DNA of 64,000 bases from Trueperaceae bacterium (GCA_034520945.1 JAXHNB010000002.1:128001-192000), one strand, 5' to 3'. Positions 50,908 to 60,814 are shown, numbered from the stretch's first letter. Program-made: numbers and translations. The notes: generated from the sequence alone by a model not told the origin.

Positions 50908-51798
50908 TCAGGTGCGAAGCGACGGGTCCAAGGCCTCGCGCAGGGCGTCCCCCACGAGGTTGACGGAAAGGACCGTCAAGAAGATCGCCAGGCCCGGCAT
51001 GACGCTGACCCACCAGGCGTCGGCGATGTAGTTGCGGCCGTCGGCGACCATGCCGCCCCACGTCGGCGCGGGCGGCGGGACGCCGAGCCCCAAGAAGCTC
51101 AGTGACGCTTCGACGAGGATCATGGCCGAGATGGTGAGCGTCCCGATCACCGTGATCGGCGCGACCAGGTTGGGCAGGAGGTGCCGCAGCATCACGCGCC
51201 GGTCGCTGCTGCCCAGCGCCTGGGCCGCCGCCACGTACTCGTTGGACATCAGACTGAGCACCTGCGCGCGCACGACGCGCCCGTAGGTGACCCAACCCGC
51301 CAGGCCCAACACCAGGATGGTGTTGCGCAGGCTCGGCCCCACCACCGCCGCCACCGCCACCACCAACACCAGGAACGGGATCGACTGTTGCACGTCGGCC
51401 AGGCGCATGACGATCTGATCCACCGCCCCTCGGTAGAACCCCGCCACCAGGCCGGCGCTCACCCCCACCAGCGCCTGAAGTGCGACCGCGCCCACGCCGA
51501 CGAGCATCGAAACCCGGGCCCCATACAGGATGCGGCTCAGCACGTCCCGCCCCAGGGCGTCGGTGCCCAAAGGGTGTCCCGCCGCGCTGTCGGGCAGCGG
51601 CCAGGGGGGACGAAGGCGCAAGGGAAGGCTCTGGTCGGTGGGATCGTGCGGGGCCAGCCACGGGGCGGCGATGGCCGCAATGATCGCCAGCAGGACGACG
51701 ACGACCGCCATCGTCGCCAGCGGCCTCGTGCGGGCGGCCAGGAGGAGGCGGCGAGCACGACGGCCGCCCATCGCCCCGGACGGTGCGGACCCGGTCAT
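50908..51798 (-). CDS. ABC transporter permease (DppC-like)
   Basis: HPLGTD.LGRDVLSR, YV.AA.ALG, RHLLPN and LSFLGLG.PPP..TWG motifs. Confidence 0.95.
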   Translation of the reverse strand: MTGSAPSGAMGGRRARRLLLAARTRPLATMAVVVVLLAIIAAIAAPWLAPHDPTDQSLPLRLRPPWPLPDSAAGHPLGTDALGRDVLSRILYGARVSMLVGVGAVALQALVGVSAGLVAGFYRGAVDQIVMRLADVQQSIPFLVLVVAVAAVVGPSLRNTILVLGLAGWVTYGRVVRAQVLSLMSNEYVAAAQALGSSDRRVMLRHLLPNLVAPITVIGTLTISAMILVEASLSFLGLGVPPPAPTWGGMVADGRNYIADAWWVSVMPGLAIFLTVLSVNLVGDALREALDPSLRT

Positions 51799-52712
51799 GC
51801 GAGCCGAATCCTAGGGTCGAGGGCACCGTACAGGAGATCGATCACGAGGTTCACGAAGGCGACGGCGACCGCGACCAGCAGCACGAACGCCTGCACGATC
51901 GGGAAGTCCAGGTTTCCTAGCGACTGCACCAGCAGCAGGCCTGCGCCGGGGTAGGCGAACACCGTCTCGGTAACGATCGCGCCGCCGACCAACTGGATCA
52001 CCTGCAGACCCAGGACGGTCAGCACGGGAATGGCGGCGTTCCGGAGGGCGTGCACGAAGACGGTCGCCGTCTGGGAGCGGCCCTTCGCCCGCGCGGTGCG
52101 CACGTAGTCGCTGGCCAGCACCTCGAGCAGGCTCGAGCGCAGCAGGCGATTCAGGAACGACGCCGCGGCCGTGCCCAGCGTGATGGCCGGGAGGACGAGG
52201 TGCGCGGCGGTCCCCCGCCCGCTGGAGGGGAGCCAACCGAGTTGCACCGAGAAGAACAGGATCAGCACGATGCCGAGAAAGAAGTTGGGAAGCGCCTGCC
52301 CGATCAGGGCGACGGTGACGCCGAAGCGGTCGATCCAGGAGTCGGGGTGGAGCGCGGAGAGGATGCCGAGCGGAAGCGACACCCCGATGGCGACCAGCAG
52401 CGACGCGCCGAGCAACTGCAGGGTCGCGGGCAGCCGGTCGAGGACCATGCCCAATGCGGGTTGCTGGTGACGCAACGACGTTCCCAGGTCGCCTTGGAGC
52501 GCACCCAAGACGAAGTCGACGTACTGGACGGGCAGGGGCCGATCGAAGCCAAGCGCATGGCGCAGGCGCTCGACGTCCTCGTCGGTCGCGTCGAGCGGGA
52601 CCATGAGCGCCGTGGGGTCTCCTGACAACCGCACGAGCAGAAACACCAGCAGCGACACGCCGAAGAGCACGAACACGGAGTACAGCAGGCGGCGCAACAG
52701 GTAGGCCGTCAT
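51795..52712 (-). CDS. ABC transporter permease (DppB-like)
   Basis: YLLRRL, GDP, GDLGTS, DYVRTARAKG, HALRNA and ETVFAYPG.G motifs. Confidence 0.95.
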   Translation of the reverse strand: MTAYLLRRLLYSVFVLFGVSLLVFLLVRLSGDPTALMVPLDATDEDVERLRHALGFDRPLPVQYVDFVLGALQGDLGTSLRHQQPALGMVLDRLPATLQLLGASLLVAIGVSLPLGILSALHPDSWIDRFGVTVALIGQALPNFFLGIVLILFFSVQLGWLPSSGRGTAAHLVLPAITLGTAAASFLNRLLRSSLLEVLASDYVRTARAKGRSQTATVFVHALRNAAIPVLTVLGLQVIQLVGGAIVTETVFAYPGAGLLLVQSLGNLDFPIVQAFVLLVAVAVAFVNLVIDLLYGALDPRIRLA

Positions 52713-52891
52713 GACGGAGGTCCGTTCGAACCGTCGTTCGGCGAAGCGATGACGCGAGGCGACATGCGGCGAATGATACGTGATCAAAGGACCGCGCGTC
52801 GGTTCGACGTTCGACGTGCGGCGGATCGGCGCCGCTGCGTGCGCATGACCCGCAAGGATAGGCTCGGGCAACGGAACCGGAGGTGCGTAAA

Positions 52892-53743
52892 ATGCAATAT
52901 GACGTAAATCTCAGCGGATGCGTGGCGCTCGTCACCGGTGCCGGCCGCGGCTTCGGGTGGGGCATCGCGGTGGCGGTGGCGCGCGCCGGTGCCCGCGTGT
53001 GCGTCACCGATGTGAACGAAGACGACATCACGCGCGCCGTGTCGGACATCGAGGCCGAGGGCGGCACGGCCTGGGGGCGCGTGCTGGACGCATCCGACCG
53101 CGACGCCTTCCGCGCGGCCGTGGACGAGGTGGTGGCACGGTGGGGACGGTTGGACGCGCTGATGCATGCCGCGATCTACATGCCGTTGGTGCGCTTCGAA
53201 GCGTTGGACGACGCCTCCTGGGACCGCCAGCTCGCGGTGGGCCTCGGGGGGTTCTACGCCGGGATTCGGGCGTCGCGGCCCACCATGGTCCGGCAGGGAC
53301 GCGGGCACGTGATCGGGATCGCCAGCGGCTCCTCCGTGCGCGGCTACCCCTACGAAGTGCCGTACTGCACCCTGAAGCACGCCCAGGAGGGCATGGTCCA
53401 GGCCCTAGCGATGGAGACGCGTCACCTCGGTCTGGCCTTCAACACCGTCGGCCCCGGCGCCCCGATCAAGACGACGCGCGTCAGCTGGGAGGAGCTCGAG
53501 GCGATGCCGCCCGATGAAACACGTGACTGGGTCGATCCGCGCGAGCTGGGCCGCGCCTTCGCCTGGCTGGTGGCGCAGGAGCCCGCACGCCTGTCCGGGT
53601 TCCGCCTGGACGCAGGACCGATCGTGCGCACGCTGGACACTGAGGGGCCGTCGTTCGAGCCGACGGCCGACAAGGTCTCCGCCTACCCCGACGCCTTCCG
53701 TGCACGGGCGGCGTGGTACGCGCAGCAGGAGGAAGGAGCGTGA
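52892..53743 (+). CDS. SDR family oxidoreductase
   Basis: TGAGRGFG, GRLD.L, catalytic Ser (IASGS) and YCTLK motifs. Confidence 0.9.
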   Translation: MQYDVNLSGCVALVTGAGRGFGWGIAVAVARAGARVCVTDVNEDDITRAVSDIEAEGGTAWGRVLDASDRDAFRAAVDEVVARWGRLDALMHAAIYMPLVRFEALDDASWDRQLAVGLGGFYAGIRASRPTMVRQGRGHVIGIASGSSVRGYPYEVPYCTLKHAQEGMVQALAMETRHLGLAFNTVGPGAPIKTTRVSWEELEAMPPDETRDWVDPRELGRAFAWLVAQEPARLSGFRLDAGPIVRTLDTEGPSFEPTADKVSAYPDAFRARAAWYAQQEEGA

Positions 53744-53750
53744 GGCCGGC

Positions 53751-54800
53751 ATGACGCAGAGGGACGATGGAGATACCGATCGGGACGCCCCGGTGCGCTG
53801 GGGCATCCTCGGCGCGGCCAATATCGCCCGCAAGGCGGTCGGGCCCGCCATCGTGGCGTCCGGCAACGGCGTCGTGGCGGCGGTGGCGTCGCGGGAGCGG
53901 CCGAAGGCCGAAGCATTCGCGCGCGAGCTGGACGCGGCGCGCGCCCACGAGGGGTATCAGGCGTTGCTGGAGGACGGCGACGTCGAGGCGGTGTACGTGC
54001 CTCTCCCCAACGCGTTGCACGAGGAGTGGTCGATCCGCGCCCTGGAGGCCGGCAAACACGTCCTGTGCGAGAAGCCGTTGGCGCCCACCGCGGCGGCGTG
54101 CCTGCGCATGAAGTACGCCGCGGAGGCGGCGGAACGCCACCTGATGGAGGCGTTCATGTACCGCTTTCACCCGCGGACGCGGGCGGCGACGAGGCGGCTG
54201 CATGGGGGCGTCGTCGGTGCGCTGCGTCAGTCGTCGGCCACGTTCACCTTCCGGCTGCGCGACCGGGGCAACGTTCGATACTCGAAGGACCTTGCCGGCG
54301 GTGCCCTGCTGGACGTCGGGTGCTACACCGTGGACGCGAGCCGGAGGTTGATGGGCGAGGAGCCGATCCGGGCGGTTGCCATGTCGTCCTGGACGGACAG
54401 CGGCGTCGATGCCGAGACCGTGGGCATGCTGGCCTTCCCCTCCGGGGCGACGGCCTCGATCTCCTGCGCCCTGACGTTGCCCCGTGTCGAAAAGATGCGC
54501 GTGCAGGGCGAAGAGGGGACGCTGCGATTGCCGCGGGCCTTCCTGCCGGGGATCGATCCCGTGGAGATCCAGGTCGACGCGGCCGACGGCGCGTCGGATG
54601 CCGAGCGGGTGAGCGGCGTGGACCAATACCGGCTGATGGTGGAGGCGTTCGCAGCGCGCGTCCAGGGGCGCGACGTGGATGCGCCCGCCTCCGACGCGGA
54701 GGAGGCGGCCCGCACCCTGCGCGTGCTGGACGCGCTGGCGGCCTCGGCGCAGGGCGGCGGCCGACCTGTGGAGGTCGCTGCGGCGTCGGCCTCGGTTTGA
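53751..54800 (+). CDS. Gfo/Idh/MocA family oxidoreductase
   Basis: WGILG.A.IA, YVPLPN..H, GKHVLCEKP, EAFMYRFHP and GGAL.DVGCY motifs. Confidence 0.93.
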   Translation: MTQRDDGDTDRDAPVRWGILGAANIARKAVGPAIVASGNGVVAAVASRERPKAEAFARELDAARAHEGYQALLEDGDVEAVYVPLPNALHEEWSIRALEAGKHVLCEKPLAPTAAACLRMKYAAEAAERHLMEAFMYRFHPRTRAATRRLHGGVVGALRQSSATFTFRLRDRGNVRYSKDLAGGALLDVGCYTVDASRRLMGEEPIRAVAMSSWTDSGVDAETVGMLAFPSGATASISCALTLPRVEKMRVQGEEGTLRLPRAFLPGIDPVEIQVDAADGASDAERVSGVDQYRLMVEAFAARVQGRDVDAPASDAEEAARTLRVLDALAASAQGGGRPVEVAAASASV

Positions 54801-54867
54801 GCACGGCCTGTGCCCGGGCGTCCTCAAGCCGCGCCTGGGCGCCTGATCCCGGGGTAGCGTCCAGAGC

Positions 54868-56082
54868 GTGAACGAGGGCTACCCCAGCGACGCGTCACGA
54901 CGCCGACGCTTGAAGCGCGAGGTGTGGGGCGCGCCGCGACGCTTCCGCGCCAGTTGCGCGCTGGGGCTCGAGGAGATCCTGCATGCCGAGGTCGCGGCGT
55001 TGCCGGAGGTGCACCACGCGGTGGCCCGGCCGGGGGAGGTGGCGTTCGACGGGGCGTTCGAGGCGGTGTACGCCGCCTTGCTGCGGCTCCGCAGCGCCGA
55101 CACGTTGCGCCTGTCGCTGGGCGAGATGCCGGCCGAGACCTTCCCGATGCTGTTCGATCAGCTGACACGCCTGTCGTGGCCGCTGTTCTTGCCGCCGCGT
55201 TGCGACCTCGAGGTGCGCGTGCGCAGCCGCAAGTCGCGGCTGCGGGACGCGGACGGCTTGGAGCGGACGCTGCGAAAGGCGGTGGCGGGGCAGGGCATCG
55301 AGACGCGGGCGCACGGTGCGCCGCGCCTCACCGTGGTGCTGGAGTTGTGGCGCGATCGCGCCGAGGCGTGGCTGGACGCGGCCGGGGAACCGTTGCACCG
55401 ACGCTGGGGCGACAAGTGGGTGGCGCGCACCTCGCTCCGGGAGACGACCGCGGCGGCGGTGGGCCTCTTCGCGTCGGTGGGGAATGCCGACCTGGTCGTG
55501 GATCCGTTCTGCGGGTCGGGCACGCTGTTGCTGGAGGCAGCCGACCTGATCGACGGAACCTGCCCGGGCGGCCGGCGTCCCTACGCCCTGCAGGGGTCAC
55601 CGTGCTTCAAATCCGAACGGATGCGGCACGCCTGGCGGCGCGACTGTGTCGACGCCGAGGCGCGCGCCGCCTCGAACCGCGCGCCGCGGCCGCCGCTGCT
55701 CGGCTGGGACGTGGATGCGGACGCCCTCGAGGCGGCCCGCGCCAATGTCGAACGGGCGGGGCGGACCGATCAGGTGCGGTTGGCGCGACGCGACGCGCGC
55801 GAGCTGGACCTGCCCGGCCTGGCCCGTACCGTCTCGGCGCGCATGCCGACGATCGTGAGCAATCCGCCCTACGGTCGTCGCGCCCTGGCGGTCGGTGGCG
55901 ATTCCGGGTGGCTCCTCGCGGAGGTGCTGCGTGCAGCGCCGGGTTGGCGGTTCGCGCTGGTGTACCCCGTGCCGGCGCACGCCGAGGCCGCGCCCGGGGT
56001 ACAGGTCGAGGAGGTGCGCTCCGTCCGCATGCGGGGCCTGCGCACCCACCTGATCCGCGGTCGGGTGGCGGACGGGCGCTGA
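54868..56082 (+). CDS. THUMP-domain RNA N2-guanine methyltransferase family (RlmL/UPF0020-like)
   Basis: GLE..L..E, G.PLHRR, LRET.AA, DPFCGSGT and NPPYG motifs. Confidence 0.85.
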   Translation: MNEGYPSDASRRRRLKREVWGAPRRFRASCALGLEEILHAEVAALPEVHHAVARPGEVAFDGAFEAVYAALLRLRSADTLRLSLGEMPAETFPMLFDQLTRLSWPLFLPPRCDLEVRVRSRKSRLRDADGLERTLRKAVAGQGIETRAHGAPRLTVVLELWRDRAEAWLDAAGEPLHRRWGDKWVARTSLRETTAAAVGLFASVGNADLVVDPFCGSGTLLLEAADLIDGTCPGGRRPYALQGSPCFKSERMRHAWRRDCVDAEARAASNRAPRPPLLGWDVDADALEAARANVERAGRTDQVRLARRDARELDLPGLARTVSARMPTIVSNPPYGRRALAVGGDSGWLLAEVLRAAPGWRFALVYPVPAHAEAAPGVQVEEVRSVRMRGLRTHLIRGRVADGR

Positions 56083-56155
56083 GCGGACGCCGCAGGGCGC
56101 GGGTGCGCCCGGGATGGGTCACGCGCGGACGCGACGCGGTCGCGATCCCGCGGTG

Positions 56156-57349
56156 TCAGGGCTCCTCTTGGGAGCCCGAGCTGCCGGGCAGCACGTACCG
56201 CAGGTTTCGGGTGCGGCCGAGCGCCTCCAGCGCGCCCTCGTCGCGCATGCGTCGCAGGTCCGCCCCGGCGGTGGCGCGACTGACGTGAAACGCCTCGGCG
56301 TAGGCACCGACCGTCCACACGAACCCCTCCCGGGCGCGCCTCAGCGTCTCCTCCCGCCGTTCGGCCGGTGGTGGCGGGGCGTGCGACCGGCCCTGTCGGC
56401 TGCCGTGGCGGGCCTCCGGGGGGCGCAAGGCGTCCGGGGCGCCGGCAAACAACGGCGGAGGCTCCGCCTGCGCGGCGACGGAGGCGGACCCTCGCGTGTC
56501 GTGCGGCGGCTCGGTCGTCGCGGGCATCTCCGCGCTCGACGTGTCGTGCCCCTTCCGGAAGGCGTTGGCGCACGCGGCCAGCCAGCGGTAGGCCAGGTCG
56601 GCGGCGAACTTGGGCGACTCCGCGAAGGTGACCGGCACGTTCGGGTGGGTCGCCTGCAACGCCGCCAGCAGGTTGGTGAGCCAGCCGGCACGGCTGCGTT
56701 CACCGGCTTCGAGGTACTGACCCAGGCGGCCCTCCACGACCACCATGGCGCGGGGCAGCGTGGCCAGCTCCGCCATCGTCAGCGACAGCGTGCCCGATAT
56801 CGCGTCGTTGGCGAGCTCGTCCGGCCGCTTGCGTTCGACGGCGGCGATCAGCAGCTCGCCGTCGAAGACGCCGTAATCGCCGACGGGGAGGCGCCGCCGG
56901 TCGGTGGTGACGGGATAGTTCGCGAACCGCCACGGGTAGCGCTCGCGGGTGTCGATGGTGAGGTGCAGCGCATCTTCGAGGCCGCGCGCCTGCGGCACGC
57001 GCAGGCCCGGCCGCGAGGTGCGCATGGTGCGGTCGCTGCGCCAGAAGATCAGCGTGCGGCCCCGCCGTTGCGTGTAGACGAAGATGCTGCGGCGCCGTGC
57101 GGGCCGGTCCAGTACCAACTGGACGGATGCGCCGGAGCGCCAGCAGTTCACCACCGGCACTTCCTCGAGCACCTCGGCGTCCTCGGGCCAGGCGTCGAAC
57201 GCGTGGCAGTACAGATCGCGGGTGACGGGCCAGCGATCCCGCGTCGCCAGCACCAGCGTCTCGCCCTGCAGGGGGAGGTGCAGCAGGTAGGGCAGGCGGG
57301 AGCGCGGGTCGGGGTTCCGGGCGACGAGGAAGGCGTGTGCGGCCGTCAT
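56156..57349 (-). CDS. ERCC4/XPF-domain nuclease (Rv2529-like) with a C-terminal winged HTH
   Basis: ARNPDP.SRLPYL..LP N-domain; IDTRE, GDY, VERK and VVVEG nuclease motifs; C-terminal YAEAFHVSRATAGADLRRM..EG.L...G HTH. Confidence 0.88.
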   Translation of the reverse strand: MTAAHAFLVARNPDPRSRLPYLLHLPLQGETLVLATRDRWPVTRDLYCHAFDAWPEDAEVLEEVPVVNCWRSGASVQLVLDRPARRRSIFVYTQRRGRTLIFWRSDRTMRTSRPGLRVPQARGLEDALHLTIDTRERYPWRFANYPVTTDRRRLPVGDYGVFDGELLIAAVERKRPDELANDAISGTLSLTMAELATLPRAMVVVEGRLGQYLEAGERSRAGWLTNLLAALQATHPNVPVTFAESPKFAADLAYRWLAACANAFRKGHDTSSAEMPATTEPPHDTRGSASVAAQAEPPPLFAGAPDALRPPEARHGSRQGRSHAPPPPAERREETLRRAREGFVWTVGAYAEAFHVSRATAGADLRRMRDEGALEALGRTRNLRYVLPGSSGSQEEP

Positions 57350-57483
57350 GGCTCGGTCCACGCTACCGCGCCCGCGGTCGTCGGCTGCTCGATGTGCGGC
57401 ACGGGACCGCCGTGGGGGCGTCGATCTGGCGATCTGACGCCCCCACGGCGAAGGTTCTGCCGTGCGCCCGCGGTCCGGAGGGC

Positions 57484-58433
57484 TTAGCGCCCGGTCGGCC
57501 CGAAGGACAGCCCGTACGTTTCGCTCCGGGTGGTGGACAGGAACAGGGCCGCGTCGCCCTGCGTGTGCACCGACAGGCCCTGTCGGCCTGCGGAGGTGAC
57601 GCTGCCCGAGAAGCCGCTGCCCAACTCGCTTCTGGGTGTCGGCGGGGAACGTGAACGAGCCGTCGTCCGGCGCGAAGCAGGTGACGCTGGTCAGATCGGT
57701 GATCGACACCACGGTGATCACCACGACGGTGTCCGCGCTGCCGCCTGCGGCCGACCACGAGAACGTGGTGTCGACGTCGACGGCGCCGCTGGCACCCGGG
57801 TCGGCGGGCGCGGTCAGCGTGAACGGATCCACGTCGGGGAATGCCGCGTCGGTGAAGGCAGGGAAGTCGGCACCGGGAGGAATCGTGAGCGTCAGCCCGC
57901 TTGGGAGCGGCGTGGCAGGCTCCTCACCGCCGAGGTCGTAGGCGATGACGGTGGTGCCTCCGGCCGTCCACTTGATTCAGCGTGGCGTAGGCCTGCCCGT
58001 TCGCCTCGACCTGCAGCGGGTCGCCGGCGTCGAGGAACTCGAATGAGATGTCGGGCAAGGGAATGTCCCCGCCGAACGGTTCCTCGTCGTCGAGGGAGAA
58101 CACGGAGCAGGTATCGACTTCGGCCGCGAACGGGTCCGACAGGAAGTCGGACGGCAACGTGGTCGAGAACTCCATGAATCCCCCGCCGCCCGTGACGGTC
58201 GTTTCCGTCTGCGCGCGCTGGAACTGCGCGCCACCCTGCGAGGACTGCTCGTCCAGGTTGGCGTAGCCGACCTGCGTCGTGCCGTTTCCGCCGTTCGGGC
58301 CCTCGTCGGGCCCATTGTCGCCATTGCCATCGCCGTTGCCGGAGCCGCCGCCCGAGCAGGCCACCATGACGACCGAAGCGCCGAGCGCCAACGCGGACGT
58401 CCGAACCAGCCGAGTGAAGAACGTCGATCTCAT
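57484..58433 (-). CDS. Acidic, Gly-rich lipoprotein of unknown function (two frameshifts, near 57969 and 57630)
   Basis: Lipobox-like MVAC followed by a GNGDG linker. Removing one G (about 57969) and one A (about 57630) on the coding strand gives a continuous ORF to TAA at 57484-57486. Confidence 0.7.
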
Positions 58434-58589
58434 ACTTGCTCCTTTCGCCTCCGTTCGTCGCCGATGCTGGAACGCCGACCCAGGGCCACGGACCATGCAC
58501 CCATAGGGTTGCGCGCACGCGACGAAACGTTGAACGAGGTGGAGTGTAGCAGGTCGAGGAGGCCCGGTTACGGATGGGTTGGACGCACG

Positions 58590-59861
58590 TCACGGCCCGC
58601 TGGCTCCCATCGGACGTCGGAAGATGCTCGGGCCGAAGGTGGACAGAAGGGACACCAGCACCACCGCCGGCGGCGCCAGGCTGGTCCAGGCCGCCACGGG
58701 AAGCACCCAAGTCCCCGTTGCGCCGCGGGGCCACACGCCGGTGAGGGGCAGCAGGCCGGCCAACAGGACCAGCGTGGCGGCCGTCGTCCAGCCCGGCGCG
58801 CCCGCGATGGTGGCGCCGAACCGGTCGCGGGCGGCCGCCAGCAATCCCAAGGTCAGCCCACCCAGCAGGTAGGCGTGCAGCCACAGCACCCGCAACGCCA
58901 TGGCGTCGCTCCAGGCCTGGCCGGCGGGCAGGGCCAGGACGACCGCGATCCCGCCCTTGAGCGCCAACAGCGCCAGCGGGACCGACCACGCGCTGCCCCT
59001 CCGGCGGACCTCGTCCTGCAGCAACGGCATGCACGCCAGCAGCAGCCCCATGCCGGCCGCGACGCCGGCCGCGGCCGCGACCGGGACGGCGAGCTCGGTG
59101 CCGGTGTCGCGGGCCAGCCGCGCGACGGTGCGAACCGCCAGTGCAACACTCAGCAGGTCGATGGCCGGCCGCGCCAACCGGCTTCGCGCCGCGTCGGGCC
59201 GGGCGGCGTACGCCAGCGCCAGCAGCGCCAGCGCGAACCAGCCGTCGGCGAAGGGGTCCAGGAACGCCGCCACCAGCGCTTGCATCCAGTCGGGCGACGC
59301 GAGCCCGCCGGCCCCCAGGGCCGCCAGCCCGAGCGCGCCGAGCGAGGCGAAGAGCAGCAGGAACAGCGCAGCGTCGAGGGCGTGCCGGACCGTGCCGTCC
59401 GAGGCGTGGCGCCTGGCCCGCAGGTACACGGCGGCGTAGGCGTACCACGCGGCCCCGTTCAGGCCGGCCGCCATCATCGACAGCGGCAGCTCCCGGCCGA
59501 ACAGCGTGGTGGGGTGATAGCCGCTGGTCAGGAACGGAAGGTACGCCAGCAGGCCCGCGACCACGGCCGCGGCCGCCACCCAATACCCGCGCGCGGCCGG
59601 GTGCAGCGTGCGCAACGCCAGCATCATCAGCGCGGGCGTGACCCACGCGAAGAACATCAGGTGCGAGTGCGCGTGTCGGGCGTTCTCGAACGACAGGCCC
59701 CAGGGGAGGCCGTGCATCATGGCGAAGCGCATGCCGGCCCCGGTCACGGCGGCCAGCACGAAGCATGCCAGCGCGGCGTGCCAGACAGCGCGGGCGATGC
59801 GAGCGTCTCCTTGGGGGGGCGGTTCCGGCACGATCATCCAGCGTGGAGGATAGGCCGGCAC
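58590..59861 (-). CDS. Polytopic membrane protein with HAHSH and LHAY motifs (heme-copper oxidase subunit I/NnrS-like), function unknown; start uncertain
   Basis: About 12 hydrophobic segments; G..MR, N.RHAHSHLMFF.W and WLHAYLLG. Confidence 0.65.
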   Translation of the reverse strand: MPAYPPRWMIVPEPPPQGDARIARAVWHAALACFVLAAVTGAGMRFAMMHGLPWGLSFENARHAHSHLMFFAWVTPALMMLALRTLHPAARGYWVAAAAVVAGLLAYLPFLTSGYHPTTLFGRELPLSMMAAGLNGAAWYAYAAVYLRARRHASDGTVRHALDAALFLLLFASLGALGLAALGAGGLASPDWMQALVAAFLDPFADGWFALALLALAYAARPDAARSRLARPAIDLLSVALAVRTVARLARDTGTELAVPVAAAAGVAAGMGLLLACMPLLQDEVRRRGSAWSVPLALLALKGGIAVVLALPAGQAWSDAMALRVLWLHAYLLGGLTLGLLAAARDRFGATIAGAPGWTTAATLVLLAGLLPLTGVWPRGATGTWVLPVAAWTSLAPPAVVLVSLLSTFGPSIFRRPMGASGP

Positions 59862-60006
59862 CGCCCGGGCCGTCCTCGACCTGGGTCAAACGCGGGTCGG
59901 GGTCGAACGCCGGGCTCTGTCGAGCGTGTCCTGGTCGCGCCGACGCCGTCGGTGACCCACGGGGGGTGCGACGCCCCCCAGGTCGCAGCTCAGATCCGGT
60001 CGAACC

Positions 60007-60087
60007 TCAGAAGATGGCGCACGAGGCCAACACGACGGCGAGCACGAATCCGATGATGGCGATTTGGGGGCCGGGGCCGGTGGACAT
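60007..60087 (-). CDS. Putative 26-aa single-helix small protein
   Basis: GGAGG 7 nt upstream of ATG 60087; MSTGPGPQIAIIGFVLAVVLASCAIF. Confidence 0.45.
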   Translation of the reverse strand: MSTGPGPQIAIIGFVLAVVLASCAIF

Positions 60088-60285
60088 GAAGGAACCTCCC
60101 GTAGGGAGCACGCGCGGAGCGGTGGGTTCGGACGCCTTACGCCTACCATGGAGCGTGCACGGCGCGCCAAGGTTCGTGCGGGGGTGAACACGGCAGGAAC
60201 GCACGCTTCGTCGTCGTTCATGGGGCCGAGGGCCGGCGTTTCAGCAGGCACCGGGGCCGACCGCGGCGACGACTAGCATGGCCCC

Positions 60286-60814
60286 ATGACGTCCCACCAT
60301 GATGCGTCCCGCGAATCCCGACCCGTGCCGGACCCCAAGCAGGAGCACTACCGCGAGTTGCGCCTCCGCGTGCGCGGCCTCGTGGAAGGACGAGAGCGAC
60401 TGGCTCGCCAACCTCGCCAACGTGGCGGGGGCCGTGTACGAGTGGCTCCCGGACGTGAACTGGGTGGGGTTTTACCTCCTCAAGGACGGCGAGCTTCGCT
60501 TGGGACCGTTCCAGGGGAGGCCCGCCTGCGTCCGCATCGCGGTGGGTTCCGGCGTGTGTGGCACGGCCGTCGCCAAGGGGCGCACGCAGGTCGTGCCGGA
60601 CGTCCACGCCTTCCCGGGGCACATCGCCTGCGACCCGGCATCGCGAAGCGAAATCGTGGTGCCGATCCGCGACGAGGGCGGAACGGTGCAGGCCGTGCTC
60701 GACATCGACAGCCCCAATGCTGGCCGGTTCGACGACGAGGACCGTGTGGGGCTCGAGGCGCTGGTCGCCGCCTTCGCGCCGCATGTCGATTGGGAACGTG
60801 CTCGGCAGACGTGA
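60286..60814 (+). CDS. msrC: GAF-domain free methionine-R-sulfoxide reductase (MsrC/YebR-like; frameshift near 60388)
   Basis: ANLAN, NWVGFY, LGPFQG.PAC.RI..G.GVCG, HIACD..S.SEIVVP and LDIDS motifs. The N-terminus (KQEHY.EL...) is in the adjacent frame. Confidence 0.88.

Noticed and set aside
56156..57832. 558-aa ORF suggesting a surface-protein/nuclease fusion
   Set aside because: Its 5' part belongs to the frameshifted lipoprotein; the nuclease has its own ATG at 57349.
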